DNA from: an uncultured Candidatus Binatia bacterium
GTDB lineage: Bacteria; Desulfobacterota; Binatia; UBA9968; JAJDTQ01
DNA length: 64,000 nt
Assembly: GCA_965213675.1 (NCBI GenBank)
Contig: OZ243916.1
Span: 2,656,001 to 2,720,000, forward strand
Direction of reading: 5' to 3'
Position 1 is the first letter of the stretch. Each line of letters begins with the position of its first letter. This document shows, in pieces, positions 40,755 through 49,593 of this stretch. Made by a program: the position numbers and the translations under genes. Below the pieces are notes generated by a model. It ran no database searches, was not told the origin of the DNA, and worked only from the letters and a program-made list of their open reading frames with translations.

Positions 40755-41636
40755 ATGCAGCGAGTAGGTATCGTGGGCCTGGGGCTCTTGGGGACGGCGG
40801 TGGCGTCGCGCCTGCTGAAGGCCGGCGTGGAGGTCACCGGCTACGACATGCGCGCCGGGCGGGCCGAAGCGCTGGTGCCCGGCGGACTCCAGGTCGCGGA
40901 GAACACGGCCCGGGCCTGTGCAGGCGCGGACGCCGTATTCACCATCCTCCCCTCTCTCGACAGCGTCGAAGAAGTGCTTTGCGGCCCGTCCGGCGTTCTG
41001 GAGGAAGCGCCAACGGGAGCGTTCATCATCCAGATGAGCACCATCTCGCCCGAGTTGGCACGGCGCATGGGCGCCGCCGCTACGGCCCGTGGCTACGGAT
41101 TCCTCGACGCCCCCATCAGCGGCACCAGCGCCATGGTCGCCGCGGGTGACTGCACGGTCCTGGTGGGGAGCGATCAGGCGCACTTGGACGCCTGCCGTCC
41201 GCTGTTCGCAGCCATCGCGCGCCGGAACGTCCACATGGGCGAGGTCGGCGCGGCCTCTCTTGCCAAACTCGCCACCAACCTGCTGGTTGCCCTAAATACC
41301 GCTGCCGTGGCCGAAGCGCTGGTGTTGGGCACCGCCGGCGGCCTCGACAAGGCAAGACTTCTCGATGCCTGGCAGGGTACGGCCGCCAGCTCCCGGATGA
41401 TGGAGGCAAGGGGACCGCTCATGGCCGAGGGCCGCTATCCGCCACAGATGAAGCTCGACCTCTTCATGAAGGATCTGCACCTGATGCTGGACGAAGGCCG
41501 CCGCTTGAACGTCCCCTTACCGCTCACGGGAGTCGCGGAGCGCCTCTACGCGGCCGCTGCCGACGCCGGCCGGGGCTCCGAGGACTTGGCGTCGGTCATG
41601 ACGGCCCTCCAGGGCCTGGCAAGTCAAGACTCTTGA
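40755..41636 (+). CDS. 3-hydroxyisobutyrate dehydrogenase-family oxidoreductase
   Basis: GIVGLGLLG, STISP, LDAPISG, KLATN, KDL. Confidence 0.92.
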   Translation: MQRVGIVGLGLLGTAVASRLLKAGVEVTGYDMRAGRAEALVPGGLQVAENTARACAGADAVFTILPSLDSVEEVLCGPSGVLEEAPTGAFIIQMSTISPELARRMGAAATARGYGFLDAPISGTSAMVAAGDCTVLVGSDQAHLDACRPLFAAIARRNVHMGEVGAASLAKLATNLLVALNTAAVAEALVLGTAGGLDKARLLDAWQGTAASSRMMEARGPLMAEGRYPPQMKLDLFMKDLHLMLDEGRRLNVPLPLTGVAERLYAAAADAGRGSEDLASVMTALQGLASQDS

Positions 41637-41647
41637 GGCTGCGCGCG

Positions 41648-41692
41648 TCAGAATTCTTCGGGCGTTGTACTTTATCAGAATTCTGATACCGT
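41648..41692 (+). promoter_or_regulatory. TA promoter with palindromic operator
   Basis: tatcagaattctgata palindrome (41673-41688) between TTGTAC and TACCGT; second tcagaattct at 41648; ATG 7 nt after the -10 with no RBS. Confidence 0.65.
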
Positions 41693-41699
41693 ATCCTCC

Positions 41700-41963
41700 A
41701 TGCCTGTCATTCGCCCCATCTCGGATCTGCGCAACAAGACTCCCGAAATTTCAAGGCTCTGTCATGACTCCGGAGAGCCGGTTTTCATTACGAAGAACGG
41801 TGAGAGTGAACTGGTGGTGATGAGTGCGGCCGCCTACGAACGGGATCAGGCGCGACTGAAGCTGTACGAGTTGCTCAACGCGGCTGAAGAGGATGTGCGT
41901 CACGGAGACCGGGGCATCAGTGTGAAGCGCCTGGCCGCCCTTCTCCGTGAGGCGCGAGGATGA
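41700..41963 (+). CDS. Phd/YefM antitoxin
   Basis: IRPISDLRN..EPVFITKNG..LVVMS. Confidence 0.92.
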   Translation: MPVIRPISDLRNKTPEISRLCHDSGEPVFITKNGESELVVMSAAAYERDQARLKLYELLNAAEEDVRHGDRGISVKRLAALLREARG

Positions 41964-42259
41964 CGCGGCAGATCTGCGTTCTTCGTCGCGCACAGTTGGA
42001 CCTGCTTGACATTCAGGACTATATCGCGCGGGACAATCCCGCAGCGGCGGATGATGTGATCGAAGCTATCCTCGATCTCATCGCCAGCCTTGCGGAATTC
42101 CCGGAGCGAGGACACGTTCCGAAAGATTCGATTCTCACGGCATCCGGGTATCGTTATCTGCGGCATGGTGAGTATCTCGTCTTCTACAAGGTTCTTCGCT
42201 CGCAGGTTCGTGTGTACAGAGTCGTACACGGTCGGCGTAGGTATGAAGACATCCTGTGA
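41960..42259 (+). CDS. RelE/ParE toxin
   Basis: AQLDLLDIQDYIARDNP.AA..LAEFPERG..YLVFY..RVVHGRR; ATGA overlap. Confidence 0.92.
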   Translation: MTRQICVLRRAQLDLLDIQDYIARDNPAAADDVIEAILDLIASLAEFPERGHVPKDSILTASGYRYLRHGEYLVFYKVLRSQVRVYRVVHGRRRYEDIL

Positions 42260-42350
42260 AGCACAGAGCGATGGTTCCGATGGGAGTCGATTGAAACCCG
42301 CAATCGACGTGTAGTAAGCTCCCCGGACTGCCACCTTGGAAACCCTCTTC

Positions 42351-43334
42351 ATGCCACGCCACACCGTCGCCGTCACCGACCACCTGTTCCCGTCCATGGA
42401 CGACGAAGCACGAATGTTCCGGGCGATGGACACCGAACTCGCCATCGGCCAGTGCAAGGGCGAGGACGAGGTCATCGCCCTGTGTCGGAACGCGGATGCC
42501 GTCCTCAACACCTACGCGCGCATGACGCCCAGGGTGATCGAGAGCCTGGAGCGCTGCAAGGTCATCGTGCGGTTCGGCATCGGCTACGACAACGTGGACG
42601 TGGAGGCGGCCACCCGGTGCGGAGTGATGGTGGCCAACACCACGGAGTACTGCATCGACGAGGTGGCGGACCAAGCCATGGCGATGCTGCTGGCCTGCGG
42701 CCGGGGACTCTTCCCGGCGGCGCGCATCGCCCGGGACGGCACCTGGGACTTGGCGAAGATGCCGGTCCTGCGGCGGCTTCGCGGCCAGACCTTGGGGCTC
42801 GTGGGCATCGGGCAGATCGGCAAAGCCGTGGCGGCCAGAGCGCATGGCTTCGGGCTCAAGGTTCTGGCCAGCGACCCGTACGTGGATGAGGCCGCGGCGC
42901 GGGAGTTGGGAGCGGAGCCGGTGGACCTCGATACGCTCTTGAGTGCGTCGGACTACGTTTCGGTCCACCTGCCGCTGATGCCCGCGACCGAAGGCATGAT
43001 GAACGCCGCGGTGTTCGCGAAAATGAAGCCCACGGCCTTTCTGATCAACGTGGCCCGGGGAAGGATCGTGAACCAGGCGGAACTGGTGCGGGCCGTGGAA
43101 CAGGGAAATGTAGCGGGGGCGGGCCTGGACGTGCTGGAGCAGGAGCCCTGCGCGCCGGGCGACGCCATCGCGACCCTCGACAACGTCATCCTGACCCCCC
43201 ACTCCGCCTGGTATTCCGAGGAGGCCCGGGCGGACATGCGCCGGCGCGCCGTGGGGCAGGTGGTCAGCGTGCTCAACGGGGAGCTGCCCTATTCTCTGAT
43301 CAACCGTGAAGTGGTCCACTCAAACCGGCGGTAG
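42351..43334 (+). CDS. D-2-hydroxyacid dehydrogenase (CtBP-like)
   Basis: RFGIGYDNVD, EVADQA, GIGQIG, NVARG, LTPHSAWYS. Confidence 0.92.
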   Translation: MPRHTVAVTDHLFPSMDDEARMFRAMDTELAIGQCKGEDEVIALCRNADAVLNTYARMTPRVIESLERCKVIVRFGIGYDNVDVEAATRCGVMVANTTEYCIDEVADQAMAMLLACGRGLFPAARIARDGTWDLAKMPVLRRLRGQTLGLVGIGQIGKAVAARAHGFGLKVLASDPYVDEAAARELGAEPVDLDTLLSASDYVSVHLPLMPATEGMMNAAVFAKMKPTAFLINVARGRIVNQAELVRAVEQGNVAGAGLDVLEQEPCAPGDAIATLDNVILTPHSAWYSEEARADMRRRAVGQVVSVLNGELPYSLINREVVHSNRR

Positions 43335-43356
43335 CAGCATCTGAAAGGAGTCTTCC

Positions 43357-44607
43357 ATGGTCGAGCGTTCGACATCAAGCTTTGGTCTGGTGGGAACCGA
43401 CTGGCAGCAGCGCATCGACTGGAACCGTCTGCGCCAATATCGCCTGAACCGGGCGCGGGAGGCCATGAAGACCGCCGGCCTCGGCGCCATGCTGGTGATG
43501 TACGACGAGAACGTGCGCTACGTCACCAGCACCGTGACCCCCGGATGGTGCCGGCTCAAGCCGGGCCTGCGCTACGCGCTCTTGTGCGAGGGGGCGGAGC
43601 CGGTGCTGTTCGAGCAGGGCGACATCGGCACCCAGATCAACCGCCACTGCCCGTGGATACCCAAGGACAACGTGCGCTACGCCTACTCGTGGATCAAGGG
43701 CGCCGTGGGCGGCGCGGCCGAGCAGCAGGTGACCAAGTTCACCCGGGCGATCCTGGACGAGATGAAGAAGTACGGCGTGGACAAGGCGCCGCTGGGCGTC
43801 GACTTCATCGACCTCAACATGATCAACTCCTTCAACGCCCATGGCATCCAGTGGACCGACGGCATGTCGGCCATGGTCTCGGCCCGGGCCATCAAGAACA
43901 TCGACGAGCTGGAGGCCATGCGCATCGTCGCGGCCATCTGCGACGCCTGCCATACCGCCATCTCGCACTTCCTGGTGGCCGGCATGCAGGAGCATCAGAT
44001 CACGGCCTTCGCCATGGAGTTCCTCTACAACATTCCCGGCATCGAGGACGTGGAGGACATCATCGTGTCGTCCGGACCCAATAGCTGGCCCAACTGGCGT
44101 CATTTCTCCGACCGCATCATCCAGCCCGGCGACCTGGTCATCATCGACATGGCGGCGGTGACCTGGAACGGCTACAAGAGCTGCATGTACCGAACCTACT
44201 GCGTCGGCAAGAAGCCGACCGACGAGCAGCGGAGGTACTACGACCTGGCCTACAGGTGGCTCTACGATGCCATCGACAAGGTCCGGCCCGGCGCCACCAC
44301 CAAGGACATCGCCGAGGTATGGCCGTCGGCCAAGGAGACCTGGGGCTACGACGAAGAGGACCAGGCGGCCGCCAACCTGTGGGGGCACGGACTCGGCCTG
44401 GCCCAGTACGACACCCCGGTGGTGTCGCGCATCTACTCCCTGGACCACCCGGTGGTGATCGAGCCGGGCATGAGCTTCGCGCTGGAAACGCAGCACGGCA
44501 AGCCGCTCCAGTGGGGCGTCCGGCTGGAGGAGATGCTGGTGGTGACCGAGGAGGGACCCCAAGTCACCACGCAGTTTCCCATCGAGGAGATCACCGTCGT
44601 CGGTTGA
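43357..44607 (+). CDS. M24-fold hydrolase with altered metal site (second Asp replaced by Cys)
   Basis: IIDMAAVTWNGYKSCMYRT, WGHGLG, FALET, VRLEE. Confidence 0.88.
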   Translation: MVERSTSSFGLVGTDWQQRIDWNRLRQYRLNRAREAMKTAGLGAMLVMYDENVRYVTSTVTPGWCRLKPGLRYALLCEGAEPVLFEQGDIGTQINRHCPWIPKDNVRYAYSWIKGAVGGAAEQQVTKFTRAILDEMKKYGVDKAPLGVDFIDLNMINSFNAHGIQWTDGMSAMVSARAIKNIDELEAMRIVAAICDACHTAISHFLVAGMQEHQITAFAMEFLYNIPGIEDVEDIIVSSGPNSWPNWRHFSDRIIQPGDLVIIDMAAVTWNGYKSCMYRTYCVGKKPTDEQRRYYDLAYRWLYDAIDKVRPGATTKDIAEVWPSAKETWGYDEEDQAAANLWGHGLGLAQYDTPVVSRIYSLDHPVVIEPGMSFALETQHGKPLQWGVRLEEMLVVTEEGPQVTTQFPIEEITVVG

Positions 44608-44660
44608 GGGTGCGCCCGTCGAGCGGACCGCCAAACGCCATGGAAACAGCAATATGGGAA

Positions 44661-44830
44661 CACTGCTGTCCCACAAGAATCAGGTACCGGGTAGGGGGAG
44701 TTGAAGGGGCGGTGGAGCATGGGGAGGTGGGCAGAGGATGGAGAGGATTGGGCGGCGGTCGAAGAGGTTGCGATGGAGGAGGGGGAGGATTTGGAAGAAG
44801 GAGAGGGAGAGGTGATTGAGGAACTCCTCC
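44661..44830 (-). mobile_element. IS4-family remnant: transposase C-terminus plus terminal repeat
   Basis: Minus frame FLNHLSLSFFQILPLLHRNLFDRRPILSIL..QLPLPGT* followed by GGGACAGCAGTG. Confidence 0.55.
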
Positions 44831-45158
44831 GTCGGAAGACCGAAACCTTCAACGTCGTTGACGCTCTGGTCAGTGGAGCCCCAGCGGACGAATCAATCTC
44901 AAGGGAACTCGCTTGCGATGAAACACTTTTGGGCGAATTGACCAGCCTGCGGTCATGAATCACGAGGTGCCGCTCATCTGGTTCTCAATGACCCCGCCGG
45001 GCGCAAGCCGTGGCGCCGGCGGATTGGCGTGGCCGGACGATCTGGCGTAGACTGGCCTGTTTCGTGCACCACGCCGTCCGCGTGCGACGTCGCACGGCCA
45101 TTCACGGGCGTCAACGCGAGTAGCCGGACACAATCCGAACCAGTCAGGAGGGGACGCG

Positions 45159-45908
45159 ATGTTGAGAGTCACGGCAGGGTGCCTGTTGCTCTTGCTCTTT
45201 CTCTTCGGCGCCGTGCCCGCCATGGCGGCCGATCAGGTCACGGGCCAGCGATCAACAGAGGAGATCGGGGAGATCGTCCGGGATTACCTCCTCAACAACC
45301 CGCAAGTGATCTTTGAAGCAGTCGAGCGCCACCGGGAGAAGCAGCGGCAGCTACAGTCTCGGCGGGACCGGGCGCTCCTCAAGCGGCACCGGCAGGCGCT
45401 CCTTACGGACCCGGACTCCTTCGTGGGAGGCAACCCGGACGGCGCCGTGACCCTGGTTGAGTTCTTCGACTACCGCTGCGGCTACTGCAAGCGGTTCGCC
45501 CCCACCCTGGAGAGGATCAAGAAAGACGACCCGAAGCTCCGCGTGGTCTACAAGGAGTTTCCGGTGCTGGGACCCGATTCATTGGTGGGAGCCCAGGCGG
45601 CGCTTGCGGCGCGGAACCAAGGCCGCTATCTCGAATTTCACGAAGCCCTGATGCGCGCCGATGGCCCCCTGGACGAGGGGAACCTCATGGCGGTCGCGCT
45701 TTCCGTGGGTCTCGATACCGAACAGCTCAAACGGGACATGGCGAACCCCAAGATTCAGGACATCATCGGCAAGACCCGCAGGCTCGCCGCCGCCTTGAAC
45801 ATCAATGGGACTCCCGCCGTGATCATCGGTAGCGAGGTCGCCCGGGGCGCGGTGCCCCTTTCCGAATTGACCCGAATGATCGCCAAGGCGAGACGCGAGG
45901 CCCCCTGA
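45159..45908 (+). CDS. DsbA-family (ScsC/Com1-like) thiol-disulfide oxidoreductase
   Basis: Signal peptide, VRDYLLNNPQVI, EFFDYRCGYCK, YKEFPVL, INGTPA. Confidence 0.93.
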   Translation: MLRVTAGCLLLLLFLFGAVPAMAADQVTGQRSTEEIGEIVRDYLLNNPQVIFEAVERHREKQRQLQSRRDRALLKRHRQALLTDPDSFVGGNPDGAVTLVEFFDYRCGYCKRFAPTLERIKKDDPKLRVVYKEFPVLGPDSLVGAQAALAARNQGRYLEFHEALMRADGPLDEGNLMAVALSVGLDTEQLKRDMANPKIQDIIGKTRRLAAALNINGTPAVIIGSEVARGAVPLSELTRMIAKARREAP

Positions 45909-45947
45909 ACCACCGCCGTTTCTCCATGGACCCATCGTATCCGGCTT

Positions 45948-46739
45948 ATGCCTGATTCCACCGTAACGGACATACTCGCCAGAATACGCGTGGTCCTGGT
46001 GCGGCCCAAAGGGTCGGGCAACATCGGGTCGGTGGCCCGGGCCATGAAGAACACGGGACTGCGGGAACTCGCGCTCGTGGGCGGGGGGCGCACCGAGAGC
46101 CTGGCGGCCCGCTCCATGGCCGTGCACGCCCGCGACATCCTGAACGGTGCGCGCCGGTTCGACACCCTACGAGACGCCGTGGCGGATTGCGGGCTAGTGG
46201 TGGGGACCACCTGCCGCAAGGGCCTCTACCGCGACCACGTCGAGCTTCCGCGCGAGATGGCCGGGGACATGGTGGCGGCGGTAACCGGCGAGGACGCCCT
46301 GCCCGCCGCCCTTCTCTTCGGCCCCGAGGACCACGGGCTCAGCAATGTGGACCTCAAACACTGCCAGCGCCTCGTCACCATCCCGAGCCACCCCGACCAG
46401 CCCTCCCTCAACCTGGCGCAGGCCGTCATGGTGTGCCTTTACGAGATCTACGTCGCCGCCCTCGGCGCGCCGCGCGAGGAGCGCCTCAAGCGTGCCCCCG
46501 CGGAGGCGGTGGAAGCGCTGTTCGACCGCATGAAGGACACGCTCCTCAAGGTGGGTTTCCTCGACCCTCAGAACCCCGAACACATCCTACTTGCCCTGCG
46601 CCGCGTCCTCGGCCGCGCCGGCCTTGAGGAGCGCGACGTCAAGATCCTCAGCGGACTGTTTCGTCAGGTGGATTGGTACACCCAGGGCGGCTGGGAAGTC
46701 GCCGAAAAAAAGCGGCGGCAGGGGTTGCAGGCCCGGTAG
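45948..46739 (+). CDS. trmJ: tRNA (C32/U32-2'-O)-methyltransferase, SPOUT
   Basis: VLVRP..GNIGSVARAMKN.G, LFGPEDHGLSN, SLNLAQAV, C-terminal GFLDP..LRR..R. Confidence 0.9.
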   Translation: MPDSTVTDILARIRVVLVRPKGSGNIGSVARAMKNTGLRELALVGGGRTESLAARSMAVHARDILNGARRFDTLRDAVADCGLVVGTTCRKGLYRDHVELPREMAGDMVAAVTGEDALPAALLFGPEDHGLSNVDLKHCQRLVTIPSHPDQPSLNLAQAVMVCLYEIYVAALGAPREERLKRAPAEAVEALFDRMKDTLLKVGFLDPQNPEHILLALRRVLGRAGLEERDVKILSGLFRQVDWYTQGGWEVAEKKRRQGLQAR

Positions 46740-46813
46740 GAACGCGAAGAAACCGCGTTGGGCCAGGAACGTCGCGTGGGGGATCGGGATCGCCTTATCA
46801 AGGCGGCCGCCAG

Positions 46814-47734
46814 TCAACTCGCCCGATGGTCCCGATGTTCCGCCCGGACCTCCTCCAGTTCCTCCAGGGTCCGGGGCCAATCCTTCTTCATCAACCGCGA
46901 CAGGGAGCGGTCCGCCAGGAGGCGGCCGCCGGTCTGGCAGCGGGCGCAGTAGTTGCATTCGTTGGAGGCGTAGCGGATGCGCTGCACACGCGCGCCGCAG
47001 GCGGGACACGGTTCCCGGTAGCGGCCATGCACGGCCATCCCTGGACGGAAGGCGGTGACCTTCTCGGGAAATGCGTCGCCGGTCTCCTCGCGGAGTTTCC
47101 GGGTCCACTCCTGGAGCACCTCCCGCACCGCCGTGTAAAGAGTCTCGATTTCGGCGTCGTCGAGTTGCCGCGTCTGCTTCATGGGCGAGAGGCGGGCGCG
47201 GTGAAGGATTTCGTCGGAGTAGGCGTTGCCGATGCCACTGAACAGGCGCGGGTCGGTGAGGGAACGCTTGAGGGTGTGGTTCTCGCTGTGCAGCGCGTGC
47301 CGGAAAGCGTCCCGGTCGCATTCGAGCACCTCGATGCCGCCAGGGTCGTGTGGCTTCAGGTTTGCGCGGTCACGCACGAGATGGAGCGACGCGCGCTTCA
47401 TGGAGGCGGCCTCGGTGAGGACCAGCGTGCCGGAGGAGAAATCGAAGGCCGCCAGGCCCAGCTTGCCCGGAACGCGCGCTCCGCGCCGGCGCCAGCGAAA
47501 CCGCCCGGCGATCATCAGATGGAAGACCAGAAAGAGATCGCCTTCAAGTTCCACGACGATGCGTTTGCCCAAGCGCCGGAGTCCCAGCACCCTGCGGTTC
47601 TCGGCCTCCTCGATGGGCGGGTCCACGGACCGCAACAGGAACGGGCTGGCGAGGCGGACCGTCTCCAGGGTGTGGCCCGCGACCCGCGGCTTCAGCGCAT
47701 GGATGTAGAGTTCGACGTCCGGCAACTCGGGCAT
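46814..47734 (-). CDS. Fpg/Nei-family DNA glycosylase paralog
   Basis: MPELPDV, RLGKR, GIGNAYSDEIL, CPAC..CARCQ zinc finger. Confidence 0.92.
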   Translation of the reverse strand: MPELPDVELYIHALKPRVAGHTLETVRLASPFLLRSVDPPIEEAENRRVLGLRRLGKRIVVELEGDLFLVFHLMIAGRFRWRRRGARVPGKLGLAAFDFSSGTLVLTEAASMKRASLHLVRDRANLKPHDPGGIEVLECDRDAFRHALHSENHTLKRSLTDPRLFSGIGNAYSDEILHRARLSPMKQTRQLDDAEIETLYTAVREVLQEWTRKLREETGDAFPEKVTAFRPGMAVHGRYREPCPACGARVQRIRYASNECNYCARCQTGGRLLADRSLSRLMKKDWPRTLEELEEVRAEHRDHRAS

Positions 47735-47871
47735 GCGGCCACTCCTCGCGGCGTCCCCCCACATCACCCCGCCGGATTCCCGCATTCGCCGGGATGACGA
47801 TGCCGGGGTTTGTGGCCCAGAAGCCTGCGGCGCAGGCTCCCGGGGAACGACGGCAAGAGGTGTCTCTTCTC

Positions 47872-49032
47872 CTACGGCAGTCTCAGCACGCGCTTGGCGG
47901 TGACGTTGCGCTGAATCTCGCTGGTGCCGGCGTAGATGGACATGCGCCGCACCTCGCGCCACAGCACCGACACCTCCACCGGCCCTTCCGGGGTCTCCAG
48001 CGGCCCGGCGTCGGCGGCGTGCTCGCCGGCCGCGTCCAGCAGCAGGTCGGCGATGCGCTGAACGATGTCGGTGGAGACGATCTTGATGAACGACGAGTCC
48101 GCGCCGATGTCCCGCCCGGCGCGGGCGATCTGGACAGCGTGGGCAAACACCGCGGATTGCGCCAGCACGTCCAGTTCCGCCCGCGTCAGCCGGTCCTGGA
48201 ACACCGGGTCGTCAAAGGCGCCGGTGGCGCGCGCCACCTTGCGCACCCGCTCCAGCATGTCCAGGGCCAGTTGCGGGTTGGCGTTGCCCAAGCGTTCCCC
48301 GTCCAGCAACGCCTTGGCCACGCGCCAGCCGTCGTTGAGTTTCCCCACCACATGGGTGAGCGGCACGCGCACGTTGTCGAAGAACTCCTCGGCGAACTCC
48401 GTGTCGTCCGCCAGCGTCTTGATGGGGCGGATGGTGATGCCCGGCGTCCGGAGGTCGATGAGTACCATGGAAATGCCCAACTGTTTGCGCGGGGCGTCGG
48501 GGTCGGTGCGGATGAGCGCGTACATCCAGTCCGCGTAGTGGCCGCCGGTGGTCCATATCTTGTGGCCGTTGATGACCAGGTGGTCGCCGTCGAGCTCGCC
48601 GCGGGTGCGCAAACTCGCCAGATCGGAACCGGACCCCGGCTCGGAATAGCCTTGGGCCCAGAGCACCTCGCCGGAAAGCATCTTGGGCAGATGCTCGGCC
48701 TTCTGCTCCTCGGTGCCGTGGCGGATCAGGATGGGACCGATGTGCCCCACCGCCTGGCGCGACAGCACCGGCGCCTCGGCGCGCCCGAACTCTTCCTGCA
48801 GGATCAACTGCTGGTTGACCGTCGCCTCCATGCCGCCGTACTTCTTCGGCCAGCTCGGCGCGATCCAGCCGCGTTCGTAGAGCTTGCGCTGCCACGGCCG
48901 GATCATCTCCGCCGGCGGCCGCGTGGACCAGCCCTTCAGTTCCGCCGGCAGGTTTTCTTCCAGCCAACGCCGGACCTCCAGCCGAAACGCCGCGTCCTCC
49001 TTCGTATCCGCGATGAAACTGATGGTGCTCAT
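47872..49032 (-). CDS. Acyl-CoA dehydrogenase, catalytic subunit of the heteromeric type
   Basis: WAQGYSEPGSGSDLASL, GHKIWT, LDGERL, IYAGTSEIQRN. Confidence 0.9.
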   Translation of the reverse strand: MSTISFIADTKEDAAFRLEVRRWLEENLPAELKGWSTRPPAEMIRPWQRKLYERGWIAPSWPKKYGGMEATVNQQLILQEEFGRAEAPVLSRQAVGHIGPILIRHGTEEQKAEHLPKMLSGEVLWAQGYSEPGSGSDLASLRTRGELDGDHLVINGHKIWTTGGHYADWMYALIRTDPDAPRKQLGISMVLIDLRTPGITIRPIKTLADDTEFAEEFFDNVRVPLTHVVGKLNDGWRVAKALLDGERLGNANPQLALDMLERVRKVARATGAFDDPVFQDRLTRAELDVLAQSAVFAHAVQIARAGRDIGADSSFIKIVSTDIVQRIADLLLDAAGEHAADAGPLETPEGPVEVSVLWREVRRMSIYAGTSEIQRNVTAKRVLRLP

Positions 49033-49059
49033 GGGCCGAACTCCAGTGCCGTGTACCGG

Positions 49060-49231
49060 GTGTCTCTACGATGTTCCGGAAATTCTTGCGACATTGCGGA
49101 CCCTGTTGCCGTCGGCCACTTCGCGCTTCCTCGCATGGCGACCGCCGGTCGCCCCTGCAAATCATCGCGCCTTGCCGACAACAGGAATCCCTGAGCAACG
49201 TATCGCAGAAAACTACGGAACACGACACCAG
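49060..49231. mobile_element. Degenerate relative of the 165-bp MITE with different arms and a nested REP-A
   Basis: Shares core gccgtcggc..cttcctcgc..catcgcgccttgccgacaaca; arms tgttccggaaattcttgcgac / atcgcagaaaactacggaaca. Confidence 0.6.
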
Positions 49232-49234
49232 GAG

Positions 49235-49399
49235 CTAGTGTGGTGTCTGGTTAATTCGCGTTATAATCTGCGGGTCTTTTTCGCCGTCGGCTGCGTTGCT
49301 CTTCCTCGCGTGGTACCCACCACTGCTCGTCATCGCGCCTTGCCGACAACAAAAAATCCTCCGCAGATTATGACCCGAATTATCCAGACACCACACTGG
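49235..49399. mobile_element. 165-bp MITE-like element, copy 2
   Basis: Near-identical to 19345-19509; CTAG and CTGG flanks. Confidence 0.88.
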
Positions 49400-49593
49400 C
49401 GCGTGTAGTCGAGAATGTACCGCGAGGCACGGGAATGGTCCGGATAGGGGGCCACCGCCGGTCGCCCCCTACCCCTGTGCTGCCGCGAGCAGCCTTGGCG
49501 TTCCGCTTCCGCTGGAACGGCGTTTCAGGGCGTGCGACCGTGGGCAAAGTTGCCACCGCGTGGAATCCTCGCCTATACTCGCGGGCACCATCC

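Noticed and set aside
42336-42350. TTG-started METLF matching the hydrolase N-termini
   Set aside because: Only five codons match and the dehydrogenase fits the ATG at 42351; likely chance.
44701-44958. Acidic 85-aa ORF as a DNA-mimic or anti-defence protein
   Set aside because: The acidic half is better explained as the antisense of an IS4 transposase tail.
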